Shown: positions 24,601 to 39,600 of the stretch, piece after piece
How positions within the stretch are numbered: position 1 is the stretch's first letter
Layout of the letters: the number at the start of each line of letters is the position of its first letter
Assembly: GCA_002633005.1 (NCBI GenBank)
Contig: NMRA01000307.1
Location: 396,208-460,207, forward strand
From: Phoronis australis
Taxonomy: Eukaryota > Animalia > Phoronida
Length of the DNA stretch: 64,000 nt
Reading direction: 5' to 3'
Made by a program: the position numbers and the translations under genes
The notes under the pieces: generated by a model
What the model saw: the letters and a program-made list of their open reading frames with translations, nothing else
What the model was told of the DNA's origin: nothing
The model's database searches: none

Positions 24601-27600
24601 GGTCTCTTGTCTTTAAATGTAAAAACGAATCAGTCACCATTAAACCCACGTAAAATAACCCAAGCCATGATTTATTGTCATATTCCTGGATATTGTCATT
24701 AAAATCAGCAAAATGTGTACCCTGTCTTTCCTGTCTTAAAAGCATCCTCAATCATCTTCAATTTACCTGACTGTCTTATTGGAACTTGTTGCTGGGGGTC
24801 ATCTTTTAGTATTCGAAAGGATTTCCATCCCTTAGTAAACTGATCAGAGCATCTGCTAGTGCAAAAAAAGGAAGATCAAAAAACCATCAACTTTGACAAG
24901 ATTGGTTGTCAACCCCTGCTATATTGGTCTACTTTTTGTTAGTCGCAGGGGGATCTTTGTTTTGATGTCATAAACCAATTATTACTGTGACGGGGACTTG
25001 TGAATCCTGTTGGAATGTTCTGGCCAGCCAGATAATGCAATTGCTGATTTGGATTTCAGCACCCAAACACCGAGGGCTTGAACCACTTTACTGTGTACTA
25101 CTTATGAACCAGTTGATGATATGTTGCATGTGCATAGAAATTATTAAATGTAAATGAATCTCTTTGATTGAATAATTAATGAGCCAAGTGCTTTTCTGTT
25201 TGTGTTGTAGAATGTTGCAGAATGACCCAGAGCTCTTTCAGCTCTACAAAGACCTTGTGGTCAGTCAGGTGATCACAGCTGAAGAATTCTGGGCCCAGAG
25301 AAGTCAGGTGAGAGAAGGTAGCCCCTGTGATAGGAGATAGCCCGTGTGAGAGAAGATAGCCCCTGTAAAAGAACTGCTAGTATGATTAGTTTGCGTTTAC
25401 ATTTAAAAAAATTACCAAGGATAGTTCAATTAAGTCTCATGGAAAACTGGCCAAAAGCATTTCTATATTTTGAAGACGTAAAGTATGGAAAATGGGAAAT
25501 GAGTGAAAACATGTTGAAAATGTGCTTTCGTCATAAATAATTAAAATTTTGTTTGTGTATCAAATTACAAGGTCAAACATTCAGTCATATCTAGTACCAG
25601 TCATTAGCAAAAAATTCAGTTTTCTACTTTTTGTGGAAGAATAACTTGTGAAAATTATTTGTTAACCATGCTAACAGTGCCATCACATTAATAGCCTTTC
25701 AAACATTCCTATAAAAGGGAAATGTTGCCATTTTGAAGGCAGTTTTGGTCGGTTTGACATAATTTGCTTTTGAGTCTTTTTGGTTGATTTTTATGAAAAC
25801 GAAAATTAATGATTCTTTAAACTGGACGTATGACGTTGTGACCAAGTCACACAATGCAAATACCGTATTCGCCCTAATAAGTGCAAATGCCTCTATAAGT
25901 GCCCCCACCACGCTATTTCAGACTTCGCTAAAATAACTGCTTAATCCATGAACGTGTACATGCGAAAAATGCCTTACCTACGGTTCTAAAATTTTAGAGT
26001 AACCTCTTCAATATATCAATAAGATCCGACAGTCCTGAAAAAAATCATTGTGCACGGAATTTGTAGACCACGAGCCTCGCCGCTATTTCGGTATTTAGCC
26101 GTGACTATACACTTCAAACTTCCACCAAGGTAAGTTTTGCTGATCTTGCGAGGAACTTGTCCCATTATGGTCTGGCCTTTCAGAACAGACGCAGCATACT
26201 TGTCAAAGGGCTTGTATTTTATCTTCTCTCTCAACAGGAATCCAAATTACTTTGTACACATGAAAACTACAAATCAAAGTCTAATAAAAGCTTGACCGAT
26301 GTTAAAAGCACGTGGTGAGGAAGCGCGTGCTACATACATGTCATCGAAGACATTGTCATCGGGAACTATCCATTCATGACATGGGTAGCATAGCATCAGC
26401 AAGAAATAAATATTGGCACTAATTTCCGAAAGTTTCTAATACCGTAGAAATGTTTGCGTTGTTTTCAAGAGGAATTATTAATAATTAATCAGAATTGGTG
26501 TTTTTAAAGTCAGAATAACCCACTGATAGTCAGTACATCCGCAATCTTACACCCCCGAGTCTCCTATAAAATAACTGTTAGAGTGTCATGCATCCAGTCA
26601 CCCGGCGACTCACTAAGACAATTCTGGAATGTTTTTCACAGATGAGATCAACAAGTGCTGAATAAAACACGTTCTGCTTTACTGCTTGTGTTGATTTCTT
26701 TAATTAAAATGCACACCTAGATTGTTACATTGCCTTTACTCTGGCAAATGAACCCCACTCACTCACACACATGCAGACGAACTTCAAAACAAACACCACG
26801 TGACAACAACGTGTGTTCATCCAGAAATTTTCTCGTGTTGCGGGGAATGGTCTAGTGTAGATTTGAACTTATATACAGTTAATCCCGACACCACAGGAAC
26901 TTAAAAATCTTAGGGACCCTATTGGGAAAACTCAAAAAGGACTTCAGGTAATTTGTTGAGTCGAAACTGTATTTTTATTCAAGACTTCAAGTTGCCCTAT
27001 CGACAATCGTGAGGTAGCGATGCATCAGTCGGCGAATTTTTGCCCTGGGATTTCAGCACAATTTTCTGAAAACTGATCGTAATTTAACAAGAGAATGAAG
27101 TTTGATAGCAATGCACCACAATTTTGTAGAAAGTCATATGTTACAGATATGTCACAGAGCGTAAATTTGATGAATACTAGCTTAAGATTTTACCCGTTTC
27201 GGAGACCGGGTTTCAACCGCTTTAGGCCATAATGAGCGCCCCGCTCCTGAAATGAATTTTTTAAGCACCCTGGGCACTTATTAGAGCTGTGTGTCTCATT
27301 GGCTGAACCACTGTTGTATAATATGTTTTATCACCTGTTCCTGGCACCATTGGTCAAATCAAAGTCCAATCGTGTAAGGAGACTAATAATCTGCAGGCAT
27401 TTCAGCCAGAACAAAGCTATCAGAACATACTAGTTTCCTCTTACTGGTAAATGTTTTTGGAACTTCCTCACCATTTCACTTCCAGTGTGAGAGACTTGTT
27501 CTTTTTTAATTTCATTTCTGAAATTTGAATGAAAATACTCGTCAAAGTTCCTTTCGTTTTCAGTATGATGTTAAACATGCCAAATTGACCAAAAAGATTT

Positions 27601-30600
27601 TCAAAGAATGTAACATTGTTCTTTAAAGTCTGACTAGTAAGTTGGAAGCTAGAGTCAGTTAATGCAATGAGCTATACCAGGAGTAAAGCGCATTTTGTAA
27701 ATACAACGCTTGTAGTCTTCCAGGCAGTCAATTCCAAATTCTGATCCAAGCTTCACCAGACTGGTTCTGTAACCTTGTTTACTGTTCTGTACTGCCCCCG
27801 AAAATTTGAATTTTCTATGATTCTAATGCAGCTTCCGGAAATCACTTTTCATTACATCCAGGTTGTGATTTCATTCCCTGGCTTCCGTCTGCTACTAAAA
27901 CTGAGCTTATAGTAGTAAAAGACACTTTGGCGCAATTATCTGCCTGTTATCCAGGATTTAAACCTGGACATCTCATTTATAGGAATACAGAACTCAAATC
28001 ACTTATGTACACTGTCTCCTCACTGAGATGTTTTGAACATTACACCTATTGAATGTGAAACGTTATAAGAAATCTGAAATCATGCAGATCAAGTGCTGTT
28101 CATATTTGCAGAAGCAGACAAGCAATAAACAGGAGCCACAAAATGTTGGCGTGTCAGCTGCTTTTATGGTAAGGAACTGTCTTTGCTTTGTTGAATAAAA
28201 ACATTGAATGATAGATTTGTCTGGCACATTTTGATTTTTGGGAATTTCCTTTGTTTCTATATGGCATTGATAATGTTTGTGGCTATGGTCTCCTATAAAA
28301 GGAGTCTTGCATTTTAAGAACCAGTTTGATGCCAGTTATTCCATGGGAAAATTATTAAAATACAGGACCTCTTGAAGTGACTATTAACATTATGCTTTTC
28401 ATGCACTCTTATTTGAGTCTGTAGGGGGCATTATTGTCCCTCCATGGGGATTAATTAATTCATCTAGCCCAACTGACATACCTTTTACATTTTTTTGTGA
28501 AAACATTTCAGTTTTAACATTAAAAGTGCTCCAACTCTTCTAGTAGAACTAAAAACCATCAAATAGCCAAGTAGGTTAGGCATATTTAGCTGATAAGGTC
28601 ATCTAGTACCTTTGTTTGAGTTAATTCTAGGAAGTTACTTAGGAGCCCTTGTCATGAATTGCCGTTTTATATTGTTACAAAAACACAGGGATTATGCTGG
28701 TCTATAGCTAATAATTGTTTTAACTTTACAAATTTTGATCCCTTTAGTTGGTAATGTTTCAAGTAATGTTTTGTGTTGACAATTTCTATCATGGAACTTT
28801 AATGTTTACCAAGACATGTTTTGTGCCCAGGTTGACATTAAGCCAGAGGCTGATGGCTGTAATGGACTGAGGTATAACCTGACTGCAGACATCATTGAGT
28901 GCATATTCAGGACATATCCCGCAGGTTGGTTCTCATGCTTCTGGTTACAGTTACTCAATTTGTTGTATTGTCAGACGGTTCTTTTATCGCAATTTTTTTT
29001 GGTACTGCATGCATTTAGGCTCGGTGTGTGCATGTGTGTGTGTTTGTAGGTGTGTTTAAGTACATACATGCGTGTGTTTATTTGAATTTTAGTACTTGTA
29101 CCTTTATGTGAAACCAAGAAAGAAATTAATGATAGCTGAATTTATCTGCTGATGTTACCATGGTTTGTGTTCAAAGTCAATGTGTTAAATGTGGATAAAA
29201 ACATGATTGTTTTCTTTTGGTAAGACGTCCTACAAACGAAGCTCAGTCTCCTGCTTCTGCATGGCAAATTGAGTAAAAGTGTTGTTAGACGCCCGGTTCA
29301 TGACAATATTATCCAACTTGGCACCTTGAGTTTCATACAGGGCTGTTTCTTTCCCCTGAATCTCATTATATACCTAATCTCGTTGCTTACCCTTATCTCA
29401 TACTCATCTCTGCCTTAGCCAAGCAGTCATAATTCTATAAGCAAATGGATTCTGTAGAGTATTAAGTTTAAGCAGCTAAAAGTTGGGTGTCTCGGATTAC
29501 CATTTATGACAACCTTTGAAACTGGTGCTCATTTTTATTATGTGAATGCTCGGTTCTGATTGTTGTCTTGTTGTATGATTGTGAACCACGGGCTCAAAGT
29601 GTGTGAAGTGATTGATATTACAATTAGTAAAACCGAAGCAGAGTCTTGTTTTAAGCAGTTGCGTCAAGTGGTACATTCATTGTCTCCCCACAACTATGTT
29701 GTAGTGAAAAAAACCTATATGGAAAATGTTCCTGACAAGCTGTCAGAGAAGGAGTTCTGGACGCGCTTCTTCCAGTCTCATTATTTCCATCGGGATCGGA
29801 TGAACGTTGGTAGCAAGGACTTCTTCTCTGAGTGTGCAAAGAATGATGACAAAGGTAGGACAGAATACATAATGATCCATTGACAAATGCTCATATTGGA
29901 ATGATGAAACTTGTTTTCTTGTGAAAAATCCCTGTTGTTCACAATATCTCAAGACCCGTGACTTATCTTGATAGGTACTTTTGGAAAAAATTTTAAGTGT
30001 GACCCGTGTGCCACCCCCCATGGCAGCTGAGGTTATTTGTATCATATAACCAATTATCTTGCTTTGCAAAGTCTAATGTGGGATGATTTTAACAATAAGA
30101 TGTTCAGTTGCAAAAACTGGTGTTTTGTTGAAGAAATTATCTTTTGATTTTGACCTCTTACTGCTCTAAAATGTGTTGTCATGGTAACTCAGGTGAGAAG
30201 TGATTTCTGTTGTAAAGACCTGACTGTTCAATATTGCTTGAGACCGTGCTTGGTGCATGAAATGACATCATGCCATGACATTCAATTTGTAGATCCTGAC
30301 ATCCCAATTTCGTGTCACAGTAAATGACCTGAATCTTTAATGAAATATCACTGGCTGGTTTATAGCAACTAATTTTAGAATGATGAACTTTTATTTTGAA
30401 AATTCACCTTTAAAAGTAAATTAGTTGGACTTGGTGAACTTAATGAGAACTATATGTTGTGCAGGGACTGGTCGATGTGGAGAAGGGCTATTGACGTCCT
30501 ATCATTCTTTTGGAGTGATTGTGATTGGAATGGTTTTTTAACATTGAACATGGTCTGATAAGTGTTTGTTATTTTGTGTTGATAGAAATGCAGGAAGAAA

Positions 30601-33600
30601 TTCAAAGTGGTGTCAATGACTCGTTGTTAGATCTTACATCTCTTGATGACAATACACTGGCTGATGTAAGTTGCATTCTTCGTTCTGTGTTAGGTATATT
30701 TTGCCAACGTCATTTTTTAATTTCAGTTCCAAGGAAGATCAAATAAACTCACAGTGTGAAATATTTATATCATTTTCAACCCTTCATAATGAGGAGAGTT
30801 TCAATGCGTATCAAGTTAGCTCAACACGTTTCAATGATCCCTTTAATATGGGTCACCATTAGTACTCTAGCTGTCATTCAGCAATGCAATAAACTGCAGA
30901 TACTCAGTTCTACTCTATACTGCGTCATCGCTTCCTTGACAAATAGTGATTGATGAAAATATCATTAACGCTGCATTTTGCCCTGTTTAGCTGAATAAAA
31001 ACTTTAAGGAAAATCGAATTAGGCCTTTTACTCTTACTAATAAAATTTGTCTCATGATATTTCTTATTGCAATAACATTCTATTTCTGTTGCCTGTAAGA
31101 ACATGGAAACAGTCAGCAACTCAAGAAATGATTCAGAGTTTGTTGGGGTTGGCTAACTCTGAAACTGTGAATTTGAAAATGGTTCATGCGTGGCTCATGT
31201 GTGCATTTCCTTTGACTTGAGTTGAAATGGAATCTTGTCTCTGTAACGAAAGTTAAGAGACTGATTTTATGAGAGTGGCAGCGTGAGAGTGACAGAGGGA
31301 GAGTGACAGAGGGAGAGTGACAGAGGGAGAGTGACAGCGCGAGATTGACAGCGGGAGAGTGACAGAGGGAGAATGAGAGCGAGAGTGACAGCGCGAGAGT
31401 GGCAGTGTGTGAGTGACAGCCTCAAAAGTTGCAGCGCGAGAGTGACAGCGCGAGAGTGACAGCGCGAGAGTGACAGCGTGAGAGTCACAGCACTAGAGTG
31501 GCAGTCCTAATGTGATTTTATGAGAGTGAAAGCTAATAAAAACAAGGTGAAATGCAGATTAAATGTTAGCTGTTTTTGGTAAGGAAGTGGATATTTCTGG
31601 GTTGTTCTTATCAATGTATTGCCCTACTCCGTGTGAACTTCCTCTTGTAATATTTGACTTACTCATACATATTTTCGCTAATTACATAATATGGCACTTG
31701 ACGTTCTTTAAAGTTTTGTTGAAGAAACATAGATTGTTGTTAAAATTGAGCTATTCCAGCTTGGATTATTAACTAATTACTAGTTGAGGATTTGTAAGGA
31801 GACTGTTTGACTCAGTGGCTTGAGATCAAGACTCCTGTTTGGGAGACCAGGATTCGAATCCTGGATTCGCTGGTTGACAATCGAACATTCTACAAAGGTG
31901 TCTCGTGCTCCACTTACACTAATGTATGCAAGTGAGTGAATGAGAACCTGGATATAATGCGAAAGCAATTTCTGGGGCTGCGCTCATATTTTTTAAGGAC
32001 TTGATTGTTATTTGTCAGGGTATGGCATTGATGAGGGCACCCGGAGCCAGACTCATCATTGATGTGGACACCCCCCAGCCAGATTCATCGTTGATAAGGG
32101 CACCCCTTCCCCAGCCAGACTCATCATTGATGAGGGCATCCCCTCCCCAGCCAGACTCATCGTTGATGAGGACACCCCCAGCCAGACCCTTCATTGATGA
32201 CGACACTCCCCGCCAGATTCATCATTGTACGTCCCCCGTGACTCCTGTGTTAACCTAACACCTCTTAGTCTTCCTTGTTGTTTGACTGGGTTTATACAGT
32301 AGAAGCCAAAAGTATTTAGACAAAGTGACCCAGAATTCTCTGTCAGACGACTGGCTGGAAGCGGAATTCCTCGACATAGTAGTCACTTCTCTATTCACTC
32401 ATGGTTGAGAATGAATGGGAATTTACAAGAAAATTAGTAAGGTGGGTAAACCATTCTGTAGTTACAATTGTTGTTTATTACCAATGCTTTTTGCAGTTTA
32501 CAAAATTAGCCGTTATGATGGAAAATGGGAATTTGTCTTGTACTGTTAGTAACACTTGTGATGATGCCCGTGCCAGCACATCACTTTATGCCCCCCATCA
32601 GACTCCCTTGTTAACCTAACACAATGTTATGCTAAGGCCTCTCTTGTTTGTCAGGGTTATGGCAACACCACTGAGGACACCCCCACCCAGACCAACCCAA
32701 ACCTGTCCATGATCCGCAGGTTCAACCACCACTCAACAATGGTGCTAAAGTCAGGCCAGACCAGTAGTGAACCCACACACAAGAAGGTTAGTGTCCTTTC
32801 AGGTTTGGGCTTGAGAACTTTGATTGATGCTTTTGATAACTTGTTGAAAATTTGGCGTTTTCTCGTTCTGTCATGCAAGTTGAGCAAATAAGACATCATT
32901 ATCAAGTTAATTGGTCTTTAAGTGGTGTCTGTGTCCACTCTAGTAACCTGCGTTGGATACAAATAATTTCTGTCTTACTTAGAGTTAGAACCAAGGGGTG
33001 CTGTTAATGTAGTCATTCTCTTTAGCAGACACACTGCATCATCCCTTATGTTCTACCATTTGGCATTGATTTAGGCTAAACTGCAGGAGAAGTTGCAGAT
33101 CGAGGACCTCCAGCCAACTGCTGATGGAGACAGGACGTGTCTAAGCCTGACTGAGGTTGACCGCTACCTACAAGGCCCCACCCCTGTGATAGCCACTCAA
33201 TACCATACCAGTCAGGACGTCATACAGGCTGCGACAGTCGCTAAGCAACAGATCAGTAGCTGGAAGCCCTGTCTTAGACACGTATGATATCCAGAAATGA
33301 ATTATCCTTTCTTGAACACTGCCTGAAGGTTTAATAATGTATCTTGACTTTTTCTAGTGGCCATCATCTGACCATTAGGTAACACTGATGAGCCTCGTCC
33401 GTAATTGATAATACTAATTGGACATATAAAAAATGGTCACCACAGCGCCATCTTGCATCGTATTTGAACCAAAATCACTAAGCCTTGAGCTATTAAGGAG
33501 AAACACTGTGTGTAAATTTTATGGGGATTGGGTCAAAAATGTGACCTGCAGCTTGAGAACAAAACAACAAAAAAATTGCAGGCGAGCGAGAGACATGACT

Positions 33601-36600
33601 CTTGCCAAGTAATTACCACGGAGACCTGGAGACCCACATTTTTAGACTGAACCAGTTTTCTCTGACAAACAACAGGGCTGGCATCAATGTGGTTCTCAAA
33701 ATCCGGGACCTCTGTCAGTGACTATTGCCTTATAGTTTAGGAAATCTGCATACAATCTGGTGAGATCAACATGTTGACAAGTGTCCAACTGATGCATGAA
33801 TGCAGTGACATATATCTGTTTGGAGGATGCTAGTTCCTACCAGAGTACTGTTTGTAATGTTAAAGGAAAGCCCTTTCTATGTTCCCATGTATTTGATAAT
33901 GGAGTGTCTTTTGTGCATACATCATTATGTAAGATGGTTGTCCTGCAATGTTAGTGGCCTCAGGGGTTACAACTTTCATGTAATAATCATGGATTTGAAT
34001 ACTTACTAGGTTAATTCACTGTGCTGTGTGGGTAATTGAAAGACTTCGTGATAACTGCATCTGGTCTGTTAGTGGAACAGCTTTCAGCCAGTTGAGCCGC
34101 GTTGATTGAAATTTAAGAATTTTTGATATGTTACTAGCAGTGCACTGCAAGAGTGACTTGGGTTTTTTAATTTTTCCATTTTACTAACTGGTGTAAATTG
34201 TAAAAGTACTACAAATGTTTTTTTTGTTTAAAATAATATTGTAGTGAACATGCAACATGCTGTATTCTCAGACAATATGTCATGTTTTGCTGTCTTTAAG
34301 ATCACTAAAATTAAGGTGTACCGATAATTTGTCTTCTTTTATTGTAGTGTTTGGACCCTGGAGTAGCACTGAATGTTTTAACTGAGCTCTCACCAGGAGG
34401 CGCTCTGATGCATGGCACTAGTCAACAAAGGCTCAGCGGTGAGTCAGTCCGTGTGATTACATTTATTTTACGATGCAGAACGCTTTCTTAATGTCAAATG
34501 CGTTTTAAAGGACCTCGAGTTCAAGAGAAATTCTTTTGAGTCTTGAGCCAAAGCTTAATTACATAGTGACCATAAACACTGTTTTCACATCAACAACAAC
34601 ACTGGCAACGTGTCTTTGTTTCCTATTTTGTGAGAATATGCTAATAAGCCACTGTCGAGATATCACCTTTGTTATTTATGTTACGCACGAAGTAGAGTTG
34701 CTGGTGGCAAGTATGGCGAGACCTTAAATAGCCTACCTAGCAAAATGGTGGCTACTGGATTATGGGATAGAATTTGAAATTATGGCATAAAATTCATAAG
34801 TTATGGGATAGAATTCTTAAATTATGGGATAGAACTCACTGTTTCCATTCCGTTGGGGAAGATTTCTTATTGCAATGTGTGTTGACCTAGTCTAAGAAGT
34901 GAACACATAAAATTTTACATAGTGTGTAATTTACATAGTGTGTAGCTTACATAATGTGTAGTTTACACAGTGTGTAGTTTACATAGTGTGTAATTTACAT
35001 AGTGTGTGGAGTTTACATAGTGTGCAGTTTACGCAGTGTGCAGTTTACGCAGTGTGCAGTTTACACAGTGTGCAGTTTACACAGTGTGCAGTTTACACAG
35101 TGTGTAGTTTACACAGTGTGCAGTTTACACAGTGTGCACTTTACACAGTGTGCAGTTTACATTGTGTGCAGTTTACACAGTGTGCAGTTTACACAGTGTG
35201 CAGTTTACTTTTTATTTAGTGTGTAGTTAACGTAGTGTGCAGTTTACATAGTGTGTAGTTTACACAGTGTGGAGTTTACACAGTGTGGAGTTCACATAGT
35301 GTGGAGTTCACATAGTGTGAAGTTTACACAGTGTGCAGTTTACATAGTGTGGAGTTTACATGCTGTGGAGTTTACATCTAGTGTGTAGTTTAGGTCCTTT
35401 ACGCTCAGGGTATGACCTTAAACTGAAAACTCTGGGAATTTTCTGTTTTCTCGTTTTTGGAAAATTGAATTCACAGACAGTGGTGATAAGCAGTACCATA
35501 TATTAAGAAACTTATAAGATTCTGTCGATGTCCTTTCTTGTCAAAACAATCGAAATAATCGGATGTTTTTGAGTGCTTATAAAAGTTGGACCTGCGTCCT
35601 TGAATAATGAGTTGAGTCAATTGCATGGTAGACAAATCTCCTCAGACCCAACATGGTTTTGTATGGTAAGATTATTTTTTCTAGTGTATATCACTTGCTG
35701 TACCATTTGTAATATGTAAGTGGCTGGATATACATACCATCAGGTCAACAAGAACAAAAACAAGCTGAAGGGTGGCAGAATGGACGGGGGCGGACAAACT
35801 TAGTTCCAACAGAATATGAAGGATCTGTCTAGTCAACCTCAACTATGACTTACGTACTAGTTACATGTTGTCTTCAGTGACTTGACCCAGTTGAATGCAT
35901 TTTCAAGTTGTGGTGCGTTATCTGATTGTCTTTCTGTGAGCTCGACTGTGAGCTCGAGTAATATGTTTACAATTATCTAAATGTTACAATGACCATTTTT
36001 TCACCATTTAATCTTCAACAATATCATCAGAGTGTAAGTACATAAATCACATGCTTACACATTTTTTCTGGTGCAGGTTACCCCAGACTAGTTGAGTGAA
36101 AATCCTTACGCAGCAAAATTAGACTCCCATTACCTCTTGTTGATCCATGCTTAGAATGTTACACGAATCACTCAATGTCCTTTTCCAGCCACTGTAAGAG
36201 AATCACACTTTCAAACTGTTAAATTCCTCTACTGCATGCAATCATTTTTCTTGTACTTCAGAGCTTGAATGCTGTAAGAATTTGAACGTTGGCTTTTGTC
36301 CTCAATTTCAGAGATGGTTCCATTAGAATTGAGGAATGAAATCCAGCAACTTTATGTAGCTCTCTGTGAACTGCTTCGTCATTTTTGGTCGTGCTTTCCT
36401 GTGCAATCAAAAGCTCTTGAAGAAAAGGTAACATTTAGGATTGTGATCATGTGTCATGTGCAGACTTAATATTACTTCAAGCCAAAAACCATATGGAAAG
36501 TTTTCCTCTGGGTGATGATCTCTCTGTAGGTACAGATACATAGCTGATGACAGACTCATGGCTAATGGCGGACACATGGTTGATGGTGGACACATGGCTG

Positions 36601-39600
36601 ATGGCAGACATGTGGCTGATGGCGGACACGTGGCTGATGGCAGGTGCATGGGTGATGATAGGCACTTGGCCGATGACGTACAAATGGCTGATGACGGATA
36701 CATCGCTGATGGCGGACACATGGCTGATGACGGATACATGGCTGATGGCGGACACATGACTGATGACGGACACATGGCTGATGACGGGCACATGGCTGAT
36801 GACATACACATGGCTGATGGCGGCCACATGACTGATGACGGACACATGGCTGATGGCAGCCACATGGCTGATGACGGACACATGGCTGATGACGGACACA
36901 TGGCTGATGACGGGCACATGGCTGATGATGGGCACATGGCTGTTGGCGGCCACATGGCTGGTGACGGCTACATGGCTGATGACGGACACATGGCTGATGA
37001 CGGACACATGGCTAATAACAGACGCTTGGCTGATGACAGGCACATGGCTAATAACGGACGCTTGGTTGATGACATACAAATGGCTGATGACAGGCACATG
37101 GTTGATGGTGGACATATGGCTGATGGCGGGCACATGCCTGATGGCGGATACATAGCTGATGATGCCCTTGGAGGATGTTTTCAGTAAACTTTATACACAC
37201 CAGTAAACGAAAGTACTCCTTTCCTTGTTTTCAAGAAATAAAAAGTGAACTTATTAGTATACGTAAAATCTCACCAATTTCGGTAAAAAATATTAGCCAA
37301 AATTTCTGTTTTTCGATTTTCAAGAGCTTCCAACTTGGTTATAGATGTCCATAAACTTTGTTTGATCATAGCCGTGGTATGAAGCGTGAACATCGTTTAA
37401 CTGCTTTGCATCGGATTTCACTAATGTATTTTTATGAAATTAGGCAAAAGAGGTTTCTATTAAGAAGACGACAACGTCTTCCCATTTTCAGACAGATTTG
37501 ATGTTTTCTGCACCACTTGGTGGCCATTTTTGTTATTTATGCATCCATTTTGTGATGTCCACCTTCCTATCTGCCATACTGCTTAAAGGATCATTATGAG
37601 AATTTACAGATGTGTTGTTGATGAAAGGACCACGACTGAAGTTGACTTTCGGACAGGTTCGACTACTGTGTCTGCCCCCTAGTGATGATTTTATTGTTTT
37701 TGCACCTGAGGCTGATTATCCTAATAGCCCTTTGAGAGCTTTGTGAAATTTGAAAGATTTGTTCCTATGGAGCAGATGACAGATGGTAACAAATGTCAAA
37801 ATAATCCAAATACCTCTGTGACCCCTAGTAACAAAATGTTTTTTACGATCTTCGCAGTTTATGAATGTATTTTCATGAAATTAGGCAAATAGGTTTCTAT
37901 TAAGGAGACGACAACACCTTCCTATTTTCAGACAGATTTGATGTTTTCTACGCCGTCTGGTGGCCATTTAAATATTTTTGCATATGTTTTGATGTCTGCC
38001 TCTGTATCTGCCAAACCACAATGGACAATTGAGGGTTGTGTTCCTGATGCAAAGAACCTGATGTTGATTTTCGAATTTTTTTACTATTTTGCTTTTTTGC
38101 ATCTATGCCTGTATCTCGTTAACTGTCTGAAAAATGTTTGCAAAATTTGGCGCATTCTGCATCATCTAATGGTCAACAATAGAGGCACAAGGTTTGCAGT
38201 GCAATCGTGGGCTCATTTCAATGCTCTGCATTGCTCTTGTACACCTACATGATCGTGAACTTTTCTGCTGACAATATTCCAACATATTTCCTGTTGTCTT
38301 GTAATTTTCTTGTGTGTTGCTTTTCAGAGTCTGTCTTTCAACTTCACATAATCAGAAGATAATTTGGTGACTTGAGTCCAGATTATATACCTTTGGTGAC
38401 TTGAGTCCAGATTACATACCTTCCGTGACTTTAGTCGAGATTATATACCATTGGTGACTTGAGTCCAGATTATATTCCTTTGGTGACTTGAGTCCAGATT
38501 ATATACCTTTGCTGACTTGAGTCCAGATTATATACCTTTGGTGACTTGAGTCCAGATTACATACCTTTGGTGACTTGAGTCCAGATTACATACCTTTGGT
38601 GACTTGAGTCGAGATTATATACCTTTTGGTGACTTGAGTCTAGATTATATACGTTTGGTGACTTGAGTCCATATTGTATACCTTTACAATTATCTACAAA
38701 ACCATAGATTAAAGTGGTAACAGGTGTATTGTATTTACTCCAAAAGATATTGTCGAGTCGGTGTAATCTTTTTTTAACAAATAATGTGTTGCACAATCCT
38801 TTTTATTACCATCAAAATATGGCACCATCATAGGATTAACTTGTCCTTACTTAGGGATGTTTAGTAAAATTGATTCCTGACTTAAAAGCTATATTAAGTT
38901 TTGTGAAAACTAGACCCCTAATAACATTTTTTCTATTTCTTTCCATAAAAAGTACTACTGTATGTAGCAGCACTTCTCCACGTCCCCTGTGATTGCGGTG
39001 GCCCGCTCATCTGTACCTCACGCGCACTTTACTTATGATTTTGTTTCAGGTGGTAAGGATGCATACTAATTTGGAAAGATACCATTCAGTCAAGGTGAAG
39101 CCTCTCAAGACAAAACTGGCCAACTATCATTACTCTGTGGACGTAAGTGTTGGGCTGACCCCGTGACCAAATGGTCGTAGGTTTGAACAGCTATTTTCTT
39201 TTCTCTATGTCTCTTTTAGTATTCTAACAAACAACATGGAGTTCTCTCAGAATTGCTTTTGTCAACGTCATTTGACAGTCTCCTTGATTGATGAACTTTA
39301 TTTTGAAGTGGATCTATTGACAATTGGAAACTTGACATGATTTTTACGTTCATGTGATTTGTGATTTGCTATACTTGGTTATTATTGGTGCATCACTTTA
39401 TTTAATATTTTCCTCCAAGCGTGAACTTCCTTTACTCTCTTACTAACCATTGGTCACTTAGCTTGAAAAAGACTGGTGATCAGTAAAAGGTAGATCAGGC
39501 TTATCAAAAAAAATCTTGAATAAGCTAACTTTTTTCAACATTGAGTTACAAGTTTGAAACCATTACTGTGCAAGCTCGTTTAAGATTACTGGTCAGTAAC

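Noticed and set aside
34986-35226. Cys-rich repetitive ORFs
   Set aside because: Translation of the 16-bp minisatellite.
36407-37187. Long ORFs in several frames, (MADDGH)n, (SAMCPS)n, (ISHVSV)n, suggesting a His/Asp metal-binding or biomineral protein
   Set aside because: They arise from an 18-bp intronic minisatellite that lacks stops in most frames on both strands; GTF2H1 splices across it in frame and there is no signal peptide or exon context.
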